From Selaginella moellendorffii (Eukaryota > Plantae > Lycopodiophyta), in contig NW_003314287.1 in NCBI RefSeq assembly GCF_000143415.4, positions 1,640,001-1,704,000 on the forward strand: 64,000 nt of DNA, read 5' to 3'. The notes under the pieces are model-generated. The model searched no databases. It worked only from the letters and a program-made list of their open reading frames with translations, and was not told where the DNA came from. How positions within the stretch are numbered: the stretch's first letter is position 1; each line of letters starts with the position of its first letter. The position numbers were made by a program, and so were the translations under genes. This document shows positions 1 through 13,267 of the stretch, piece by piece.

Positions 1-850
1 ATCGTTACCAGGTCGCCATTGTTTCTGAGATGCCGCGAGATGGATCCCTCAGTAATGTTCTTGCAGGAGGAAACTTCAGCAGCAACATAGCTTTGGAGGC
101 TTAGACCGTTGGAAATTGTTGGCACTGAACACTTGCCCTGCTCAAGTGTGAGGATCGCGAATGATTCCCCGGTCTCCGCATTTGCTTTTACCACCTCGTC
201 AATGGTCCTGGAAAACCAAGCCATGCGGAACGTAGCATGAGTTTTGCGGTTAATCAGTTCCTGCCGTGAAACAAGTTTAACCTTCTCGCCATGGCTTTGA
301 TCATTCCAGAAACTGTATGCGTACCTCTTCGAGCATATCGTTCCATGCCAGCTCCAAGCGTGAAACATGCCAGTTCTCGAAGGACGTGAACTCGGGCTGG
401 TGCATCCGTGAGAACAAGCAGAGGATTCCTCCAGGAACAATCGCTTGTGCTCGGCAGGATAAGAACCCGCAAAGATCCTCATGAGCTTGGGTTCATTGAA
501 TGGACCACACAGATCACTCTCTGGAGTCTGGAGAGAAGACAAATGCCCATTGAAGGAAGATTTAGATCGAAGGAATGAGCTTGAACGCTCGTAAAAGGAT
601 CCAGAGACAGCGGCAGTGAAGCATCGCAACGATGGCGATGACTGTTCTAGCTGCTGGAACAGCGTGTTGAAGTCATTGGAGTCCGAGAAAAAGGCTAGGA
701 TCTCCGGCTCCATTGCTGAGCATGCTCGAATTGCCTCAGCAACAAGCCCCACTGCACGGATTGTGTTGTAGCCAGATGCAGATCAGCTATGCGGACTGAG
801 TTCGTTGTGTCATAGCCAAAGTTACTAGCTTGGCAGAGTTTTAGCTATCG
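1..850 (-). pseudogene. SABATH-family SAM-dependent carboxyl methyltransferase pseudogene (runs off the window start)
   Basis: Manual minus-strand translation gives SVRIADL/(frameshift)/ASGYNT, EILAFFSDSNDFNTLF, AAVSGSFYER, FLSCRAQAIVPGG and LELAWNDMLEE. These match the SABATH motifs IADLGCxSGPNT, FSDLPxNDFNTLF and GSFY. The GC of the SAM-binding motif and the LP are missing and the frame is broken. The 5' limit is approximate. Confidence 0.75.
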
Positions 851-1028
851 ATTCCAGCATTCTAACTGGCGAGAAGAATGTCCCAAGTTTACAAATCTTG
901 TGAGCGTCGTTGCAATGCAATCATATCAAGAACGTCCAAAGTCCTTTGTTCTAACTTGGATGGAATCCTCCAAGTAAAGTCTAAGACCATGTGCCCAAGT
1001 AGGAAACAAGGTGAGGTCATCCCATGCG

Positions 1029-2594
1029 TTATAGGTCACAGTGGAGTTTCAATGCTTTAGCAAAGTTGACGAGGTTTGCATGCGAAGAACCATTTGGCTG
1101 GACGTTTCGTTTGGCTGCATGGCGCAACTCTTTGGCTCTACGTCTCAGCTCGTCGCCGCTGCAATGGTCTCGTCCCATGACAAACCTCACCATATCCTCG
1201 ACATGGCTTGCATGGATACCAGCCTCCATGGCCTTCTTGATGCGAACTCCAACTTTGAGAGTGTCAACAACCCACGCAGTGTTGAAAACTTGCTCGGCAA
1301 AGCAAGGCAAGCATAGGATGGGAACTCCCGCGGACAAAGACTCGAGTGTCGAGTTCCATCCGCAATGAGAGAGGAAAGCACCCACGGATTCATGCTCCAG
1401 CACCTGCGATTGATTGTGCGAAAAACTATCAACCCATGAAGTGAATATCTAGATCATACCTTGACTTGAGGAGCCCAAGAGATTATCAGCCCCTTTTCGT
1501 TCTGCTGTATCCTGGCCAAGAACTCGTTCCTTGCCTGCTCGTCACTGCCTTGGAGAAGATCGAGCCTGATCACCCACAAGAATGCGTGGCCGCTGTTGGC
1601 AAGTCCCTTGTAAATCTGCTGAGCGTCACTGTAAGAGATGGTTGCGACGCTTCCGAAGGAAACGTAGACGACCGAGCTTGGTGCCTGTTTGTCCAGCCAC
1701 TCCAAACAGCTCGTGTCTTCGATCGGAGATATGCTCAATTGTGTCTCCTCCACCGTGTCGTCAAAGTGCAAGGGCCCAACCGCAATACAATTTGGATTCA
1801 CGTCTCGGGCAGCATCCAAGGGTGCTTCTTCCATCTCCTGGAAGGAATTCACAAACACCCAAACGTCACCTTTCATCCTTTCAAAGCGTTGGATTCGGAG
1901 TTCAAAGCCTGGATCACACTCGTCCTCGTGCTGGAGTGTGCTCGGGAGGTGACTTGCGCAAAAAGAAGGAAGCCCAGGCATGAAATCTATTATATCTTTC
2001 CTCCCTACAATAAGAACGTAAAAATGAAAAAAGAGAAAAAGGCAAAAAGTAGCTTAGAGGAGGACCTTTTGCTGGTAAGAGGTGCTTGAGCAAAGGCAAG
2101 TGGAAGCAAAGGAGAAGACAGGCAGCGGACGACGTCCACAGTAGTGCCCGAGCGATTCCAAGGTTGTGACAGAATTCCTGGCTCCACCCAATAAACGCAT
2201 CAAAGAGTACGCAAGTCACTGGAGGGCGGCGGGGATCGCTAGCCATGTCCGTCACCAATTGCTCCAGATCTTGTTTCATCCCCTCCATGGCATTGAGAAA
2301 CATCTGGAGGTTGTTCCCCAGCCGGTGCTTTGGGAGACAATCGTCTGGAATGCTCACAAACCTGTAGGCGAGCTATAAGTCTCCTCGCTAAGGAAACTTG
2401 GGCTCATACCTGAAAGAATCATCCCCCACGGCAGTGGATTTCTTGAACTCCTGCTCGTGGCGGCTGCGAGTGTTGATGAAGGTTATAATGAATCCCATTG
2501 AAGCGAGCTTGCGGCACAGCAGTATCATCGGATTAATGTGACCTTGGGCAGGGAATGGAAACGCTAAAACATGAGGCGGCGCCATTCTGCTCAT
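1029..2594 (-). CDS. Family-1 UDP-glycosyltransferase, 4 exons (2594-2410, 2361-2066, 2004-1460, 1403-1029)
   Basis: N-terminal HVLAFPFPAQGHINP; PSPG box [44 protein letters not shown]; GT-AG introns give a continuous frame. Confidence 0.93.
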
Positions 2595-2971
2595 CTAGGG
2601 TACACATTCCATGGTCTTATCTTTCGTCGGCTATGGTTGACTTTGAAGGATTCGTTGTCCAAGTCATGTTCTTATTTAGATAAGTCTAATGTATCAACAA
2701 GTTGGCCAAGTTATTCAAATCTCTTGCTGGATTTTGTGGCGGTTGTTCCTCACTGATGTAACTCTTTTCTAATACAATCTCTTCGCTTTCTTATATATTG
2801 CTGGAACTAGCTAGCTCGAAGAAAAAGGAAAAAAAAGCACGGTTTCACGACAACCAAGTGCTAAAACTCTCGATGCTCGGAGTGATCTCAAGACCAAAAA
2901 CGTGTGAGAGGGGAGAAAGGAGAGCGAGGATGACTTCGAAGTGTATGATCACCTGGCGATGATGTTACTGA

Positions 2972-3382
2972 TCATGGCATGAACAACTTGTTGCCACACT
3001 TGCACCGCCAAGCCTCGGGGTAGTACTCGGCGGTCTTGACGAGACCCGGCTGGATTGGAACATGAACAGGCCTGCAAGGATAGCATCTCCCACACTTTGA
3101 CGTACATTGGGGTGGCGACGATCCAGGCCCGCTCAAGCTCCTCCTCACCAGGCTGCTGCTGGATCGAAGCTCCTCCAATTGCAAGGGCGAGTAATCGGCT
3201 ACCCAGCTTTGTTGATCCGCACTTTGTTGATCATCGCCCATCTGATAGAAATTATCATTTGCATAAGTATCATTTCTAAGACTACAGATGGGAGAAAAGG
3301 AGAGAAATTTTTTGCAGTACCTGATCGAGCTGCTGCCGTTTTGTGGACAGTGATAAAGCTGCGTCTTTGCTTTCATGGACAC
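2972..3382 (-). CDS. EPF/EPFL cysteine-rich secreted peptide (EPFL4/5/6-like), last exon; signal-peptide exon uncertain
   Basis: C-terminal GPGSSPPQCTSKCGRCYPCRPVHVPIQPG...EYYPEAWRCKCGNKLFMP with the six-Cys EPFL pattern; splice acceptor CTGCAG immediately before 3382. Confidence 0.9.
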   Translation of the reverse strand: MSMKAKTQLYHCPQNGSSSIRYCKKFLSFSPICSLRNDTYANDNFYQMGDDQQSADQQSWVADYSPLQLEELRSSSSLVRRSLSGPGSSPPQCTSKCGRCYPCRPVHVPIQPGLVKTAEYYPEAWRCKCGNKLFMP

Positions 3383-4197
3383 CTGCAGATTTGAAAGATT
3401 TGATAATTAGTAAAGGCCTGGCCGGGTTTAAGAATTTTTGGAAGCTGTCGTGTTCGAGGACAGGGACAGCGCAAGGAGGACGTTTGTGGAGCTCACGCAA
3501 AACCATCCATGGGTAATAAATCTATCTATCTATCTATCGATCTATATCCAGGTCTATGCAGCAAGCAAATCATGCGAGATCGAGCACGCATTCATTCATC
3601 CAATCGAAGTTTTAAGTTTAAAGCGAGCTTCTTTCCGTGAGTCAATTCCTCTCACTCTCTCACTCTTCTTCGTGGGGATTACTTTCACTCGCAGCATAGA
3701 TTTGGAGAGCCACAGGACACAAGCGAAGAGCAAGAAAACCAAGGAAAGTATTATAACGTACCGGTACTCAGTCGCTCCGCTTGAGTTCTGCCAGCGCTGG
3801 ATGAGTGCAAGCATCTTGAAGCGAGGAGGATGGCAAGTACCAAGTAGACTAAACTGCGAGCTCCTCCTCTTCTTCTACTGCAGCAATGCTCTAAGCTCCA
3901 AAACGATCGTTTCATAGCTGCTTATTATATCAATCCCACTACCGTCCCTTCAAACTGAAGAACTCCCTTGGGTGAAGAAGAACTCCAGCTACATTCCCTC
4001 CCGGAGACTAGGCTTGGATCTTGGGGATGTGCTGTTTGTGGAGAGATGGTTTATACAATGTTTTTTTCCTTTCTTTTTTCTCCAATCTGTTAAAAACTGC
4101 TCGAGACTTTCTGTTTCATCCGTGCTTTTGAGCTGACGCTTTGCGAGGAAACGAATCACCTGTGGTCGTATAGCTCTTTCTTACCGCCACCAAGCCC

Positions 4198-4217
4198 AGA
4201 GAGAGAGAGGGAGAGAG

Positions 4218-4249
<32 letters not shown>
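4198..4249. repeat. (GA)n microsatellite
   Basis: Imperfect GA run read directly from the sequence. Confidence 0.9.
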
Positions 4250-7200
4250 TCAATCCCGCGATACCCGAGCTCCAGCGGCTTTGACTCGGGCTTTGACTGG
4301 CCACTCCAAGTCCAAGGCTTCTTCTTTTGGACAAAGGCGTGCTGCTTGACTGCGAGAAAAAGAAATCTATATGGTTTCATCCATCCAGCCGAGACACCCA
4401 CCGTCTTTACTCCACCAATGTACTACTGGCTGTGTGATCAGAGGCCCGGAAGATTTATACATTGATCCAAGACGAGAGCGAGAGCGAGAGAGAGATTGAA
4501 TGGAAGAAGAAGAAGAAAAGAGTTACTGTAGGGACACACCAAAACGAGGAAGAACAATGAATGACGAGAGAGTTCCTGCCAATGCTGCTGGCCAAGGAAA
4601 GAAAAAAAGAAAAGAATGGGAAGAAACCACTGCAGCCGGACTGGTGCTGCCCCCTTCTCGGCGCTCGCTTGTGTACTCCTCGTAATCAACGTAGCATGGT
4701 CTTTAGTCTTGGCACCAGTGTGTCTTGGAGATGATAAACAAAACCAAGCCCTGGAAAGGATGGAATGCGAGCGCGCAAGCACGAGAGGAAACTATACTGC
4801 CTCGCACAGGACGTCCCGAATAAATGTAGATGGACATTCAAAGCAAGAGTATTTGTGTGTGTGGTTGCTGCTGGGAGAATAAGAAGAAGAAGAAGAATCG
4901 AGTAATAATAAAAAGGTAAAAAATATGAGCTCCGATCAGATGTTCTTTCACTCGAGCAGTGGAATATAGAGTGACTTGACTTGCGAGGGGGGAGGAACAA
5001 GAACTCTCCTCCCTCTAAAAACTGGAGCGAGTGATCATCGATGAATCAAGGCAACCTTGAAGCCGTGGTTCCACTGGCAGAAAGAAAAAACAAATCTCGT
5101 TAGAAGAAACTGAGTTCCTCTAACTCTCCTCTTTCTTTTTTCAACACTCTTTCTTTACCTTCTTGCTTTCTTTCTTCTTCCTTACAACAAGAAACAGAGG
5201 CTGGAGCAGCAGGAGCAGCAGGAGCAGCAGCAGCAGCAGCGGCAGAGCCAGCATCAAACCAGCAGAGCTACCATTTGTTTAAAAGAAAGAAAAAACTTTC
5301 TTTTCATTCTTTCTCTTCGCTCGCCCTTCTCCAAAAAAATACCACCACCCAACAGCGAAGAAAACAAACTGGCACACTGCAAAGAGAGCAAAGAGAGCAA
5401 GACTATTGTGTTCAAAGCAGCAAGAGGGACTACAACTATATACTAGTCCCAAGCTTGAGAATCGGGGGATTTTGTTTATTACAAAAATCCACGTCTTATC
5501 TCCAGGTAAGATTCAGAGAACATCTCAAACAAGGTGCAAACTTTAACTATTTTAACCTCGTAGCTAAAGTTGACGGACAATGGATGTGTAAGGGCCAATG
5601 GCACGGCACATGTCCAAGGGTCCCGCAAAATGCCTCTTCACTGTCTTGTCTCTCTGCTCTGCCAGTTCTCCTGTCGTGTGTGTGCGTGCGCCTGAAAATG
5701 CCACGACTGGGCATTTGTTTTTAACCCCGCTTGTGTGTACGGCAGTGGCAATTCTTCCACTTTTTTTTCTTTAAACGCAGAGGTCTAAGGGAGTTTTCAA
5801 CGCAGACCAAAATGCCCAAATGCCCAACAGAAGGGAAGGAGCCTTTACTTTCCACTTACCTTGACTGCCACAGTCTTGAGTTTCTTTTTCAAGTCTCTCT
5901 TTTTTTTCTGAAAAGAACTTAATTGCACTTGTCAGGACCTATGTAGAGGCTTCCAAATAGTGTGTATGATCGAGTTCGGCGTCGACAGCTACAGTTTCTA
6001 CAGTAGAAATATACCCGCCTCCTCCTAAAATCTTACCAGCTTTACTCCAGTCTCCTGTCCATTTCGGTGGTCATTTGTTCCTTGTCGGGCCGGCCGCATT
6101 CATCCGGCCGTCCATCTGCTCTTTGTTTCTTAGGGCAAAGTGTCCCGGAGAGCTTTCTCTTTCAGATGTTGGTGCAAGCAACTGAGCTATCAAAAGTGGT
6201 ATAGCTTCAAGAGAGCTATCGTTGCCTTCAATTCTATAGGAGCGACAGTACTTAGTTGCAGTGCTGCTGCTGCTGGGCTCTCTTTTGTTTGAATAGAGTG
6301 GAGTATGTTTTTTGTTCTTTCTTGGATGCCAATATAGCTCACTATGATGAGCTTTTGTTGCAGCAGCCGAGGATTGGATGGAACACAAAGAAATGCTTAA
6401 GTTATCATGATCGTCACCTCCTCTCCATCCCCAAAGCTCTCAATCAGGTTTGTAAACGCACACATTTTGCGGCCAGGAATCTAGCAGCAGCAAGAAACTC
6501 CACTTCTCCGTGACACTTGTAATTACTGCAAAGAGGATCTCTCCAAGTACAGTTCTAACGCTGTTGCCTTGCCTGACGATATTTCATGTGCGGGATTATA
6601 TAATGCCACCACCTCCACGCAAAGGATGCTATGTGCTATACTGGCAGCCTATGAACGTCAAGATCTGCTTTTAGCTTTGGTAATGTATGCATATCGTTGT
6701 TGGGGTGAACGAGCTCCGTGAAAACATCGATTGATCCATGCAAGTTTTCCCGTTTGGTGCATGGTCCGATGGATCATGATCTCGTTTTTAAAAGCGGCAA
6801 GCTCAAGCAAATATTCCAACAAGAACCATGGTTGCATGGGCTCAGAGTTTGAAAAGAGAGAAAGACGGTGTGATCCCAAGGCGTGTGTGCACAGAGATCT
6901 TCGGCCTTGTGTTCCACAGCTGCATGAAAACAAATGCCCCAGATTCCGAGGCCTGAGACAGCCCATGTGCCAGGACGAGATCACAGCCATGCACGCATTC
7001 CGAATCCGTCGGCGATTCCGAAACAGAATCCATCTCTCCCCGCCACCCCCGTCGTCACCCCACGTAACGCAGCCCTCCCTTTCGTACGGACGTGGCTGCC
7101 AAAGTCAACTGGGTTCATTTATGAAGATTTTGGGGTCACTTTTCGATGTTACTTGCTTGCATTGCAATGCGAATGCGATGCCTGGGACGGGCTGTGCCAC

Positions 7201-8127
7201 TTTTGAGTGACAATCGTAGCTAGCGGTTCAAGGGCGAATCTTGTCTCTTTTCCGCGGATTTGATTCGAAGTTTGATCGCTCCAATCCTTTCTATCACTTC
7301 GTGAGAGGAAGCTGAAAAAGCATGGACCGAAGTGATCTTATCTTTGGTTCGCTTGTCAACTTTGCGATATTATTTCGGGTCCGATTTGACCGATCCCATT
7401 TTTTTGTGTTGCCACCAGCCAGACATTATACTATGTGCTGTAAGAGGAGCGCGCTTTCTTTTCAGGTTGGCTTTGCTTGGGGAACAACGTTGTTGGCCAT
7501 GCAGAGCAGGCCAAAGTTTTTTATTTCCTTTTCCTCCTCTAAACAATTGGGCAGCGATCTTCAAGTGAAAAATCTAAGAATGTTGGTTCCATGGTTCCAA
7601 AAAGCTAAAAGGAAACAACTCGCGATAGTCGAAGAGGCGAACACTAGCAATCGATCAATCGCCCAGTTGTTTTGTCCCCACTCCATGATCCAAATGCGAG
7701 ACAAACAAAAAGCAAACGCCCATGCTGGGACAAGACAGCAAACAAGAAAACGAAGGAGCACCTTTTTCCTCTAGTGTTATACGTGATGGAAGAGAAACCT
7801 TTGAAGAAAGTGGTGACAAAACCTCTTTATCTGGGTGGGACATAGCTGGATCCAAAGCCTGGCTCCAAGGAAGATATCTCTTTTATTTTGTCACCCGGCT
7901 TCCCCCAAAGTATAATCTAGCTATAGCCCCGAAACCATCCACAGTAAGTAGCAGCCAAACTAAAACTTGCAAAAGGGAAATCTTCTCTCTGGCATCCTCG
8001 AGGCTGTGCTTGCTTTGCAGCAAAACCTTTCTTTCCTCTGGGAGCTCATACACTTCGCACACAAACGCTTCCATCGGGTTCTTGGTTCTTCGACTTCTTC
8101 TTGTTGGTGCTGATGATCAACCATCAG

Positions 8128-9890
8128 CTAACTGCGTTCCCTGCTGCGCTCTTTACTCCTGCTCCTGCTCCTCTTCCTCGATTCACTCCTCCACTCTCTA
8201 CTGCGGTGCCTGTCACCGTCCCTGTTCCTCTCCCGGTCGCCGTGGTGACCCCTGTTCCTGTTAAATCCCCCGTGGTGCCTTCGGTCACTGTTCTGTCTCT
8301 TGTACTTATCAGACCTGAAAACACGACAGACCATCTCTGTCAGCGCATTTTCGACAACAAGGTGGAAAACAGTCAATAGTTACCTCCACTCGTTGCCTTT
8401 GCCACCCTGGTATGCACCATTCTGCAGGTGAAATGCAGCATACGCGGAGTCAGAGGGGAGAAAGATATTCACCAATGGAACTTTTACCTTTTGAGTGGGA
8501 GAGTCTTTCAAGTCCAGCTTCTCTTCGACAGAGCTCTCTTGCATCCTTTCTTTCTTTTTGGCCTCGAGCTCTTCGTCACGTTTCCTCCTTAACTCCTCCA
8601 GAGTGTTTCTTATTTTCAGATACCCCTGCGAACAAGAACGAGTGACGATATTAGCCGAACGTTCTAGCAACCACAAAAATTGCGGGGAGGAAAACAAAGA
8701 AAAATCAGTTACCACATGCTGCCTGCCCTCCAAATGGCTTGCAAGTCTCTTTTCAGTGTCTGTTGAGGCCTGCATTGCACCACATATTTCACATACTTGC
8801 ATTCTTTTTTCTTTCTCTAAAATAGTTCCGTACTCTGGCATAATTGCACGCATAATCAACTCCTTCTCCCTATTCAATATTTCAACCTGCGAGCAGCAAG
8901 AAAAATTCAGATACAATACCAGAGGCGAAGTCATACGGCTAGCTACAAACGACAATAAACAGACCAGAGGGTTCAACGAGGGACAAGATCGCCTGAAACA
9001 AACTACAAGCTTAATGATCACAACATAGGTACCTCAAGCAATCAGTTAGCTGCTGTAGCTAAAAAATCATGCCTGGTGTCAGAAAGATCAAGATCAGCAA
9101 TCTCGGGTCAATAGAAAACCCAGATCAATACCTTCTACGGGCTTAGAAGTTTTAGACTTCCTCTACAAATGAAGAGGAACTACCCTGGCATGCAGATTAC
9201 GGGACCTTAATTAGCACAATCAGAAGAAAGAGCCTATCAGACCTCAAACAGTAGGGAGCTGCATTCCACGAAGGAAAGAACTTTCTTTTACCTTTTCCAT
9301 GGTAGCTTGCGCCTGATCGACCATACCCTCTTCTCCCTCTTTCTCGGCCCTTTTGAGAAGAGCCTGGACTTCCAACGAAATTGCACTGATTTTCTCTGTT
9401 CCACCTTTGTTCTGTTCCATAACGGGAACTTCCTTCTCCAACCTCTCATAACATCTTCGTATCTTCCTGTAGCGCCAGGCAACAATTTTCAACACTTCCT
9501 TCAAAACAACGAAAAGAAAAGACAAACCTTTCGAGATCGGAGATGAGGCGCTCGAGATACCTCAAGAACTCCATCTCGTACTGAGCCACTTTGTTCGATT
9601 TCCGGAATGGCTCGCGCAGCGCATCGTCGTGAACCTTCCCGCACGGCCCCAAATCACTCTTGGTATTGGGGAAAAGATCGTGCGGGCAGAAAGAAACCAG
9701 ATGATAGTGGCAGACCTGCAAGAAAAAGAAGAATGCGCCAGAATTTCTCATCCATTCGCCCCGAAATCCAAACCCTAAGCAAAAATCACACCTGGGCATC
9801 ATCGAAGCGCAAGCGGCTCTGCCGCTTCTGGCCCAGCGGCAAATCCCGGTCCTTGCCCATGAGCTCGTCCAGCAGCGCCTTGGGATCCAT
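8128..9890 (-). CDS. LUC7: LUC7-like U1 snRNP protein, multi-exon, with RS-rich C-terminus
   Basis: MDPKALLDELMG...VCHYHLVSFCPHDLFPNTKSDLGPCGKVHD (ZnF1), MQVCEICGA...HLEGRQH (ZnF2), and a C-terminal RSRSRSKERSRERS. The stop position is the best guess. Confidence 0.9.
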
Positions 9891-10240
9891 CGCGCCAAGA
9901 AACCAAGCCTTCCTTCTTGCCCTAAACAAGCAGCGTTCTAGGGCGGCAAATAACGCCCGGGTTCGAAACTAACTAACTATATATGTCCTTGGCGGGAATC
10001 GAACTCCCCTCTTCTGGCTGGAAAAAAGGGTAAAAACAATTGTTTTTTTTACCGTTATGGTAACTCTCATAAAGCTCGAGTCAACCGATCACACACACAG
10101 CGGAGCTCGTGATCATCACTTTAATATGAGGCACGAACACTTTCCTTTCGCTCTTTCCATGAATTTCTTGGTCGCTGGGACAAATTCTTCGTGCACGATC
10201 GCGTCGTCCGGAACCAGAATTAGAGCGCTGGAATTGGAGA

Positions 10241-11554
10241 ATGAAAGCTCTGCTGCTGCTCTTGATCGCGCTGTGGATGATTCTTGCGATTGTTTCCAGT
10301 GAGGACGAGCAGCGCGAATTCAAGGCATGGATCGATCGCATTGGCAGAAAATCGACGAGGTCAGCTGGGATGCGTGTTCATCATCATTTGATCGAGAGCT
10401 TAGTGGAAGCGGAGAGAAACCAGAGCGTGATTGTGGTGGCAAGGGATGGATTTGGGAATTTTAGCTCCATTGCCGAGGCAATCGACTCCATTCCGGAACA
10501 AAACCAGCAAAGAGTGATCGTGCGGATCAAAGCGGGAGTCTACAGGTAAAAAGAAAAAGAAATCTAGTCTCTCTGTTGGATCGAAAAGGTTCTCACCTTG
10601 AGCCAGGGAAAAGATTGCCATTCCAAAATCCAAACCGTTTGTAACACTCCAAGGAGATGGGAGCTCACTCACGATAATCACTTGGAACTCCACAGCTTCG
10701 GATAGAAATGGCACGAATCTACTCAAGACATATAACAGCGCCACCATTTCCATCAACTCGAGGTTCTTCATCGCCAAGAACATCACATTCCAGGTTTGCT
10801 CTAGCTAAAAATCTTTGAGAAGTTCTCGCAAAATAATCTCAAAGAAATCATTACTAGAATGAAGCAATTGCTCACATCCATGGGGAGACCGGGAAGCAAG
10901 CCGTGGCATTGCGAATCAGCGCGGACATGGCGGCCTTCTACGATTGCAACTTCCATGGCGGCCAAGACACTCTCTATGATCACAAGGGCCGGCATTACTT
11001 CAAGCGATGTTTCGTGCAAGGAAGCGTGGATTTCATCTTTGGCTATGGAAGATCCCTCTACAAAGTACGTAAAAACCAAACTCTCCATCAAAAGATCACA
11101 ATCTTTGCAGGATTGCCATCTTTACTCGATCGCCAACAAAACAGGCGCGATCACTGCACAAAAGAGGACCATTCGCAACATGAACTCGGGATTTTCATTC
11201 GTGAATTGCAGCATCACTGGATCCGGAAGAATTTACCTGGGACGTGCATGGGGAGATCGATCCAGGGTGGTCTACTCGTACACCTACATGGACGCGCTCA
11301 TAGCTCCTCAAGGGTGGCAAAACTGGAATCACCCAGAACGAAACAGGTAGAGTTTTGCATTTCTTCCAACTTCGCATTGAAAATTCCATCTCTCGCTCCA
11401 TAGGACTGTGTTCTTCGCGCAGTACGAGTGTAGCGGGCCTGGAGCAAAGACGAGCCAGCGAGTGGCATGGGCAAGAACCCTCACTTTCGAGGAGGCACAA
11501 CCATTCCTAGGCACAGATTTCATCCATGGAGAAACATGGCTTCTCTCCACATAA
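10241..11554 (+). CDS. Pectin methylesterase without PMEI pro-domain, multi-exon
   Basis: Signal peptide plus the PME motifs [37 protein letters not shown] and YLGRAW; TAA at 11552-11554. Confidence 0.93.
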
Positions 11555-11608
11555 AGAAGACTATTTGTTTCTGATGATACAACTTAGAATGTGACCTTTT
11601 GGGGATCT

Positions 11609-13267
11609 ATGGGTTTTGCAAGCGGAGCTAGTGTCAGATCGATTCAAAGTTCAAGATCGAGATCGATCAAGCAGCTCCCTGTTGATTCTTCCAACACCTA
11701 CTCTTCCAATCTTGTCATCCAGCAGCTCGGGCGATCCGGCAACCTCGAAAACGCTCGCGGTGTTTTTGATAATCTCCAGCCCAGGAACGTGTTCTCGTGG
11801 GGAATCTTGCTATCGGCATATACCCAGAATGGGTATCATTCAGCTGCAAAGGCCATGTTTGAAAAGATGCCGGAGTGGAACGTCGTTTGCTGGACATCAG
11901 CGTTCCAATCTATCTCACAAAGCGGCCATTTGGCCGATGCCAAGTTCATGTTTGATTCTATGCCCGAGCGTACGGTAGTGACGTGGACGGCCATGGTCAC
12001 GGTATATGCCCAAACCGGGCATCTATCCAAAGCTAAGGCCGTGTTTGATTCTATGCCCCAACATAACGTTGTCTCGCGTACGGCAATGCTGACGGGTTTT
12101 TCTGAAAAGGGTCAGATAGAGGAAGCGCGTGTTTTATTTGATGCTGTTAACGACCGAGACGTGATCTCGTGGAACGCGATGATTTCTGCAAATGCCCAGA
12201 ACGGGCATTGCGATGAGGCGAAGTTTTTGTTTGATACCATGCGAGAGAAAAACTCTGTGACGTGGAACGCGCTGCTGTCAGGATTCGCGGAGAATGGACG
12301 GCTGGATTCTACGAGAGATCTCTACCATAGGATGCCACAGCAAAACGTTGTCTCGTGGACGGCCATGATTGGCGCATATTCCCAGTGTGGGCATCTTGAC
12401 CACGCCAGGGCCGTGTTTGAGATGATGCCCGACCGCAACGTCGTCTCGTGGACGGCCATGATGACTGCCCTTGCCATCAGCGGGGATATCGACGGCGCAA
12501 AAGCTACGTTCGATACCATGCCCGAGAAGAACGAGGTATCTTGGTGTCTTATGGAGGCCGTGTTTGCCCAGAAGGAACAATTGGCAGATGCCAGGAATGT
12601 CCTCGCTAAGATGCCGGTTTGGAGCGTGATATCCTGGACCACCATGCTGGCGGCATATTCCCATGGAGGGCATCTCTCCAAGGCAGTGGAGGTTTTCGCT
12701 GAGATGCCCGACCGCAATGCCGTTTCGTGGACGGTGATGCTCATGGCATATACCCACAACGGTCATCTTTATGACGCCCAGAGAATCTTTGATGAGATGC
12801 CCGACCGAGGGGTGGCTTCCTGGAGCGCGATGGTCGCGGCATATGCCCAGAATGGGCGCGCCGCCGCGGCGAGGAATCTCTATTGCGCGATGAATCAGGA
12901 TGGGATCAAGCCGGACGAGCTCTTCTTCAAGACGATCCTGGCGGCATGTAGCCACATTGGCTCTGTGGACGAGGCCTGGCACTACTTTGTGTCGATGATC
13001 GCGGATTACTCCCTAGAGCCGTCGATGGATCACTTCTCGGCTATGGCGGACGCGCTAGGGCGGGCGGGCCGGATCAAGGACGCCGAGGAGCTCGTCAAAA
13101 GCATGCCCTATCTCCCCAGTGCGAGCTCCTGGGGAGCCCTCGTTGGATCGTGTAGAACGAGCAGCGACGTCGATCGAGGGGCCCAGGCGGCAAAAGCAAT
13201 GGCGGAGATCTTGCCACGTGACTCCGCGCCTTACGTGGCGTTGTCCGGTATGTGTGCTGAGGTGTAG
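11609..13267 (+). CDS. PLS-class PPR protein with E domain, no DYW
   Basis: Tandem ~31-aa repeats (F..MP.RNVVSWTAM..AY); C-terminal ADALGRAGRIKDAEELVKSMPYLPSASSWGALVGSC...SAPYVALS. First ATG at 11609. Confidence 0.92.
   Translation: MGFASGASVRSIQSSRSRSIKQLPVDSSNTYSSNLVIQQLGRSGNLENARGVFDNLQPRNVFSWGILLSAYTQNGYHSAAKAMFEKMPEWNVVCWTSAFQSISQSGHLADAKFMFDSMPERTVVTWTAMVTVYAQTGHLSKAKAVFDSMPQHNVVSRTAMLTGFSEKGQIEEARVLFDAVNDRDVISWNAMISANAQNGHCDEAKFLFDTMREKNSVTWNALLSGFAENGRLDSTRDLYHRMPQQNVVSWTAMIGAYSQCGHLDHARAVFEMMPDRNVVSWTAMMTALAISGDIDGAKATFDTMPEKNEVSWCLMEAVFAQKEQLADARNVLAKMPVWSVISWTTMLAAYSHGGHLSKAVEVFAEMPDRNAVSWTVMLMAYTHNGHLYDAQRIFDEMPDRGVASWSAMVAAYAQNGRAAAARNLYCAMNQDGIKPDELFFKTILAACSHIGSVDEAWHYFVSMIADYSLEPSMDHFSAMADALGRAGRIKDAEELVKSMPYLPSASSWGALVGSCRTSSDVDRGAQAAKAMAEILPRDSAPYVALSGMCAEV

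Noticed and set aside
9984-10060. Minus-strand GAGTTCGATTCCCGCC resembling a tRNA T-arm/B-box
   Set aside because: No acceptor, D or anticodon stems could be built; not called a tRNA.
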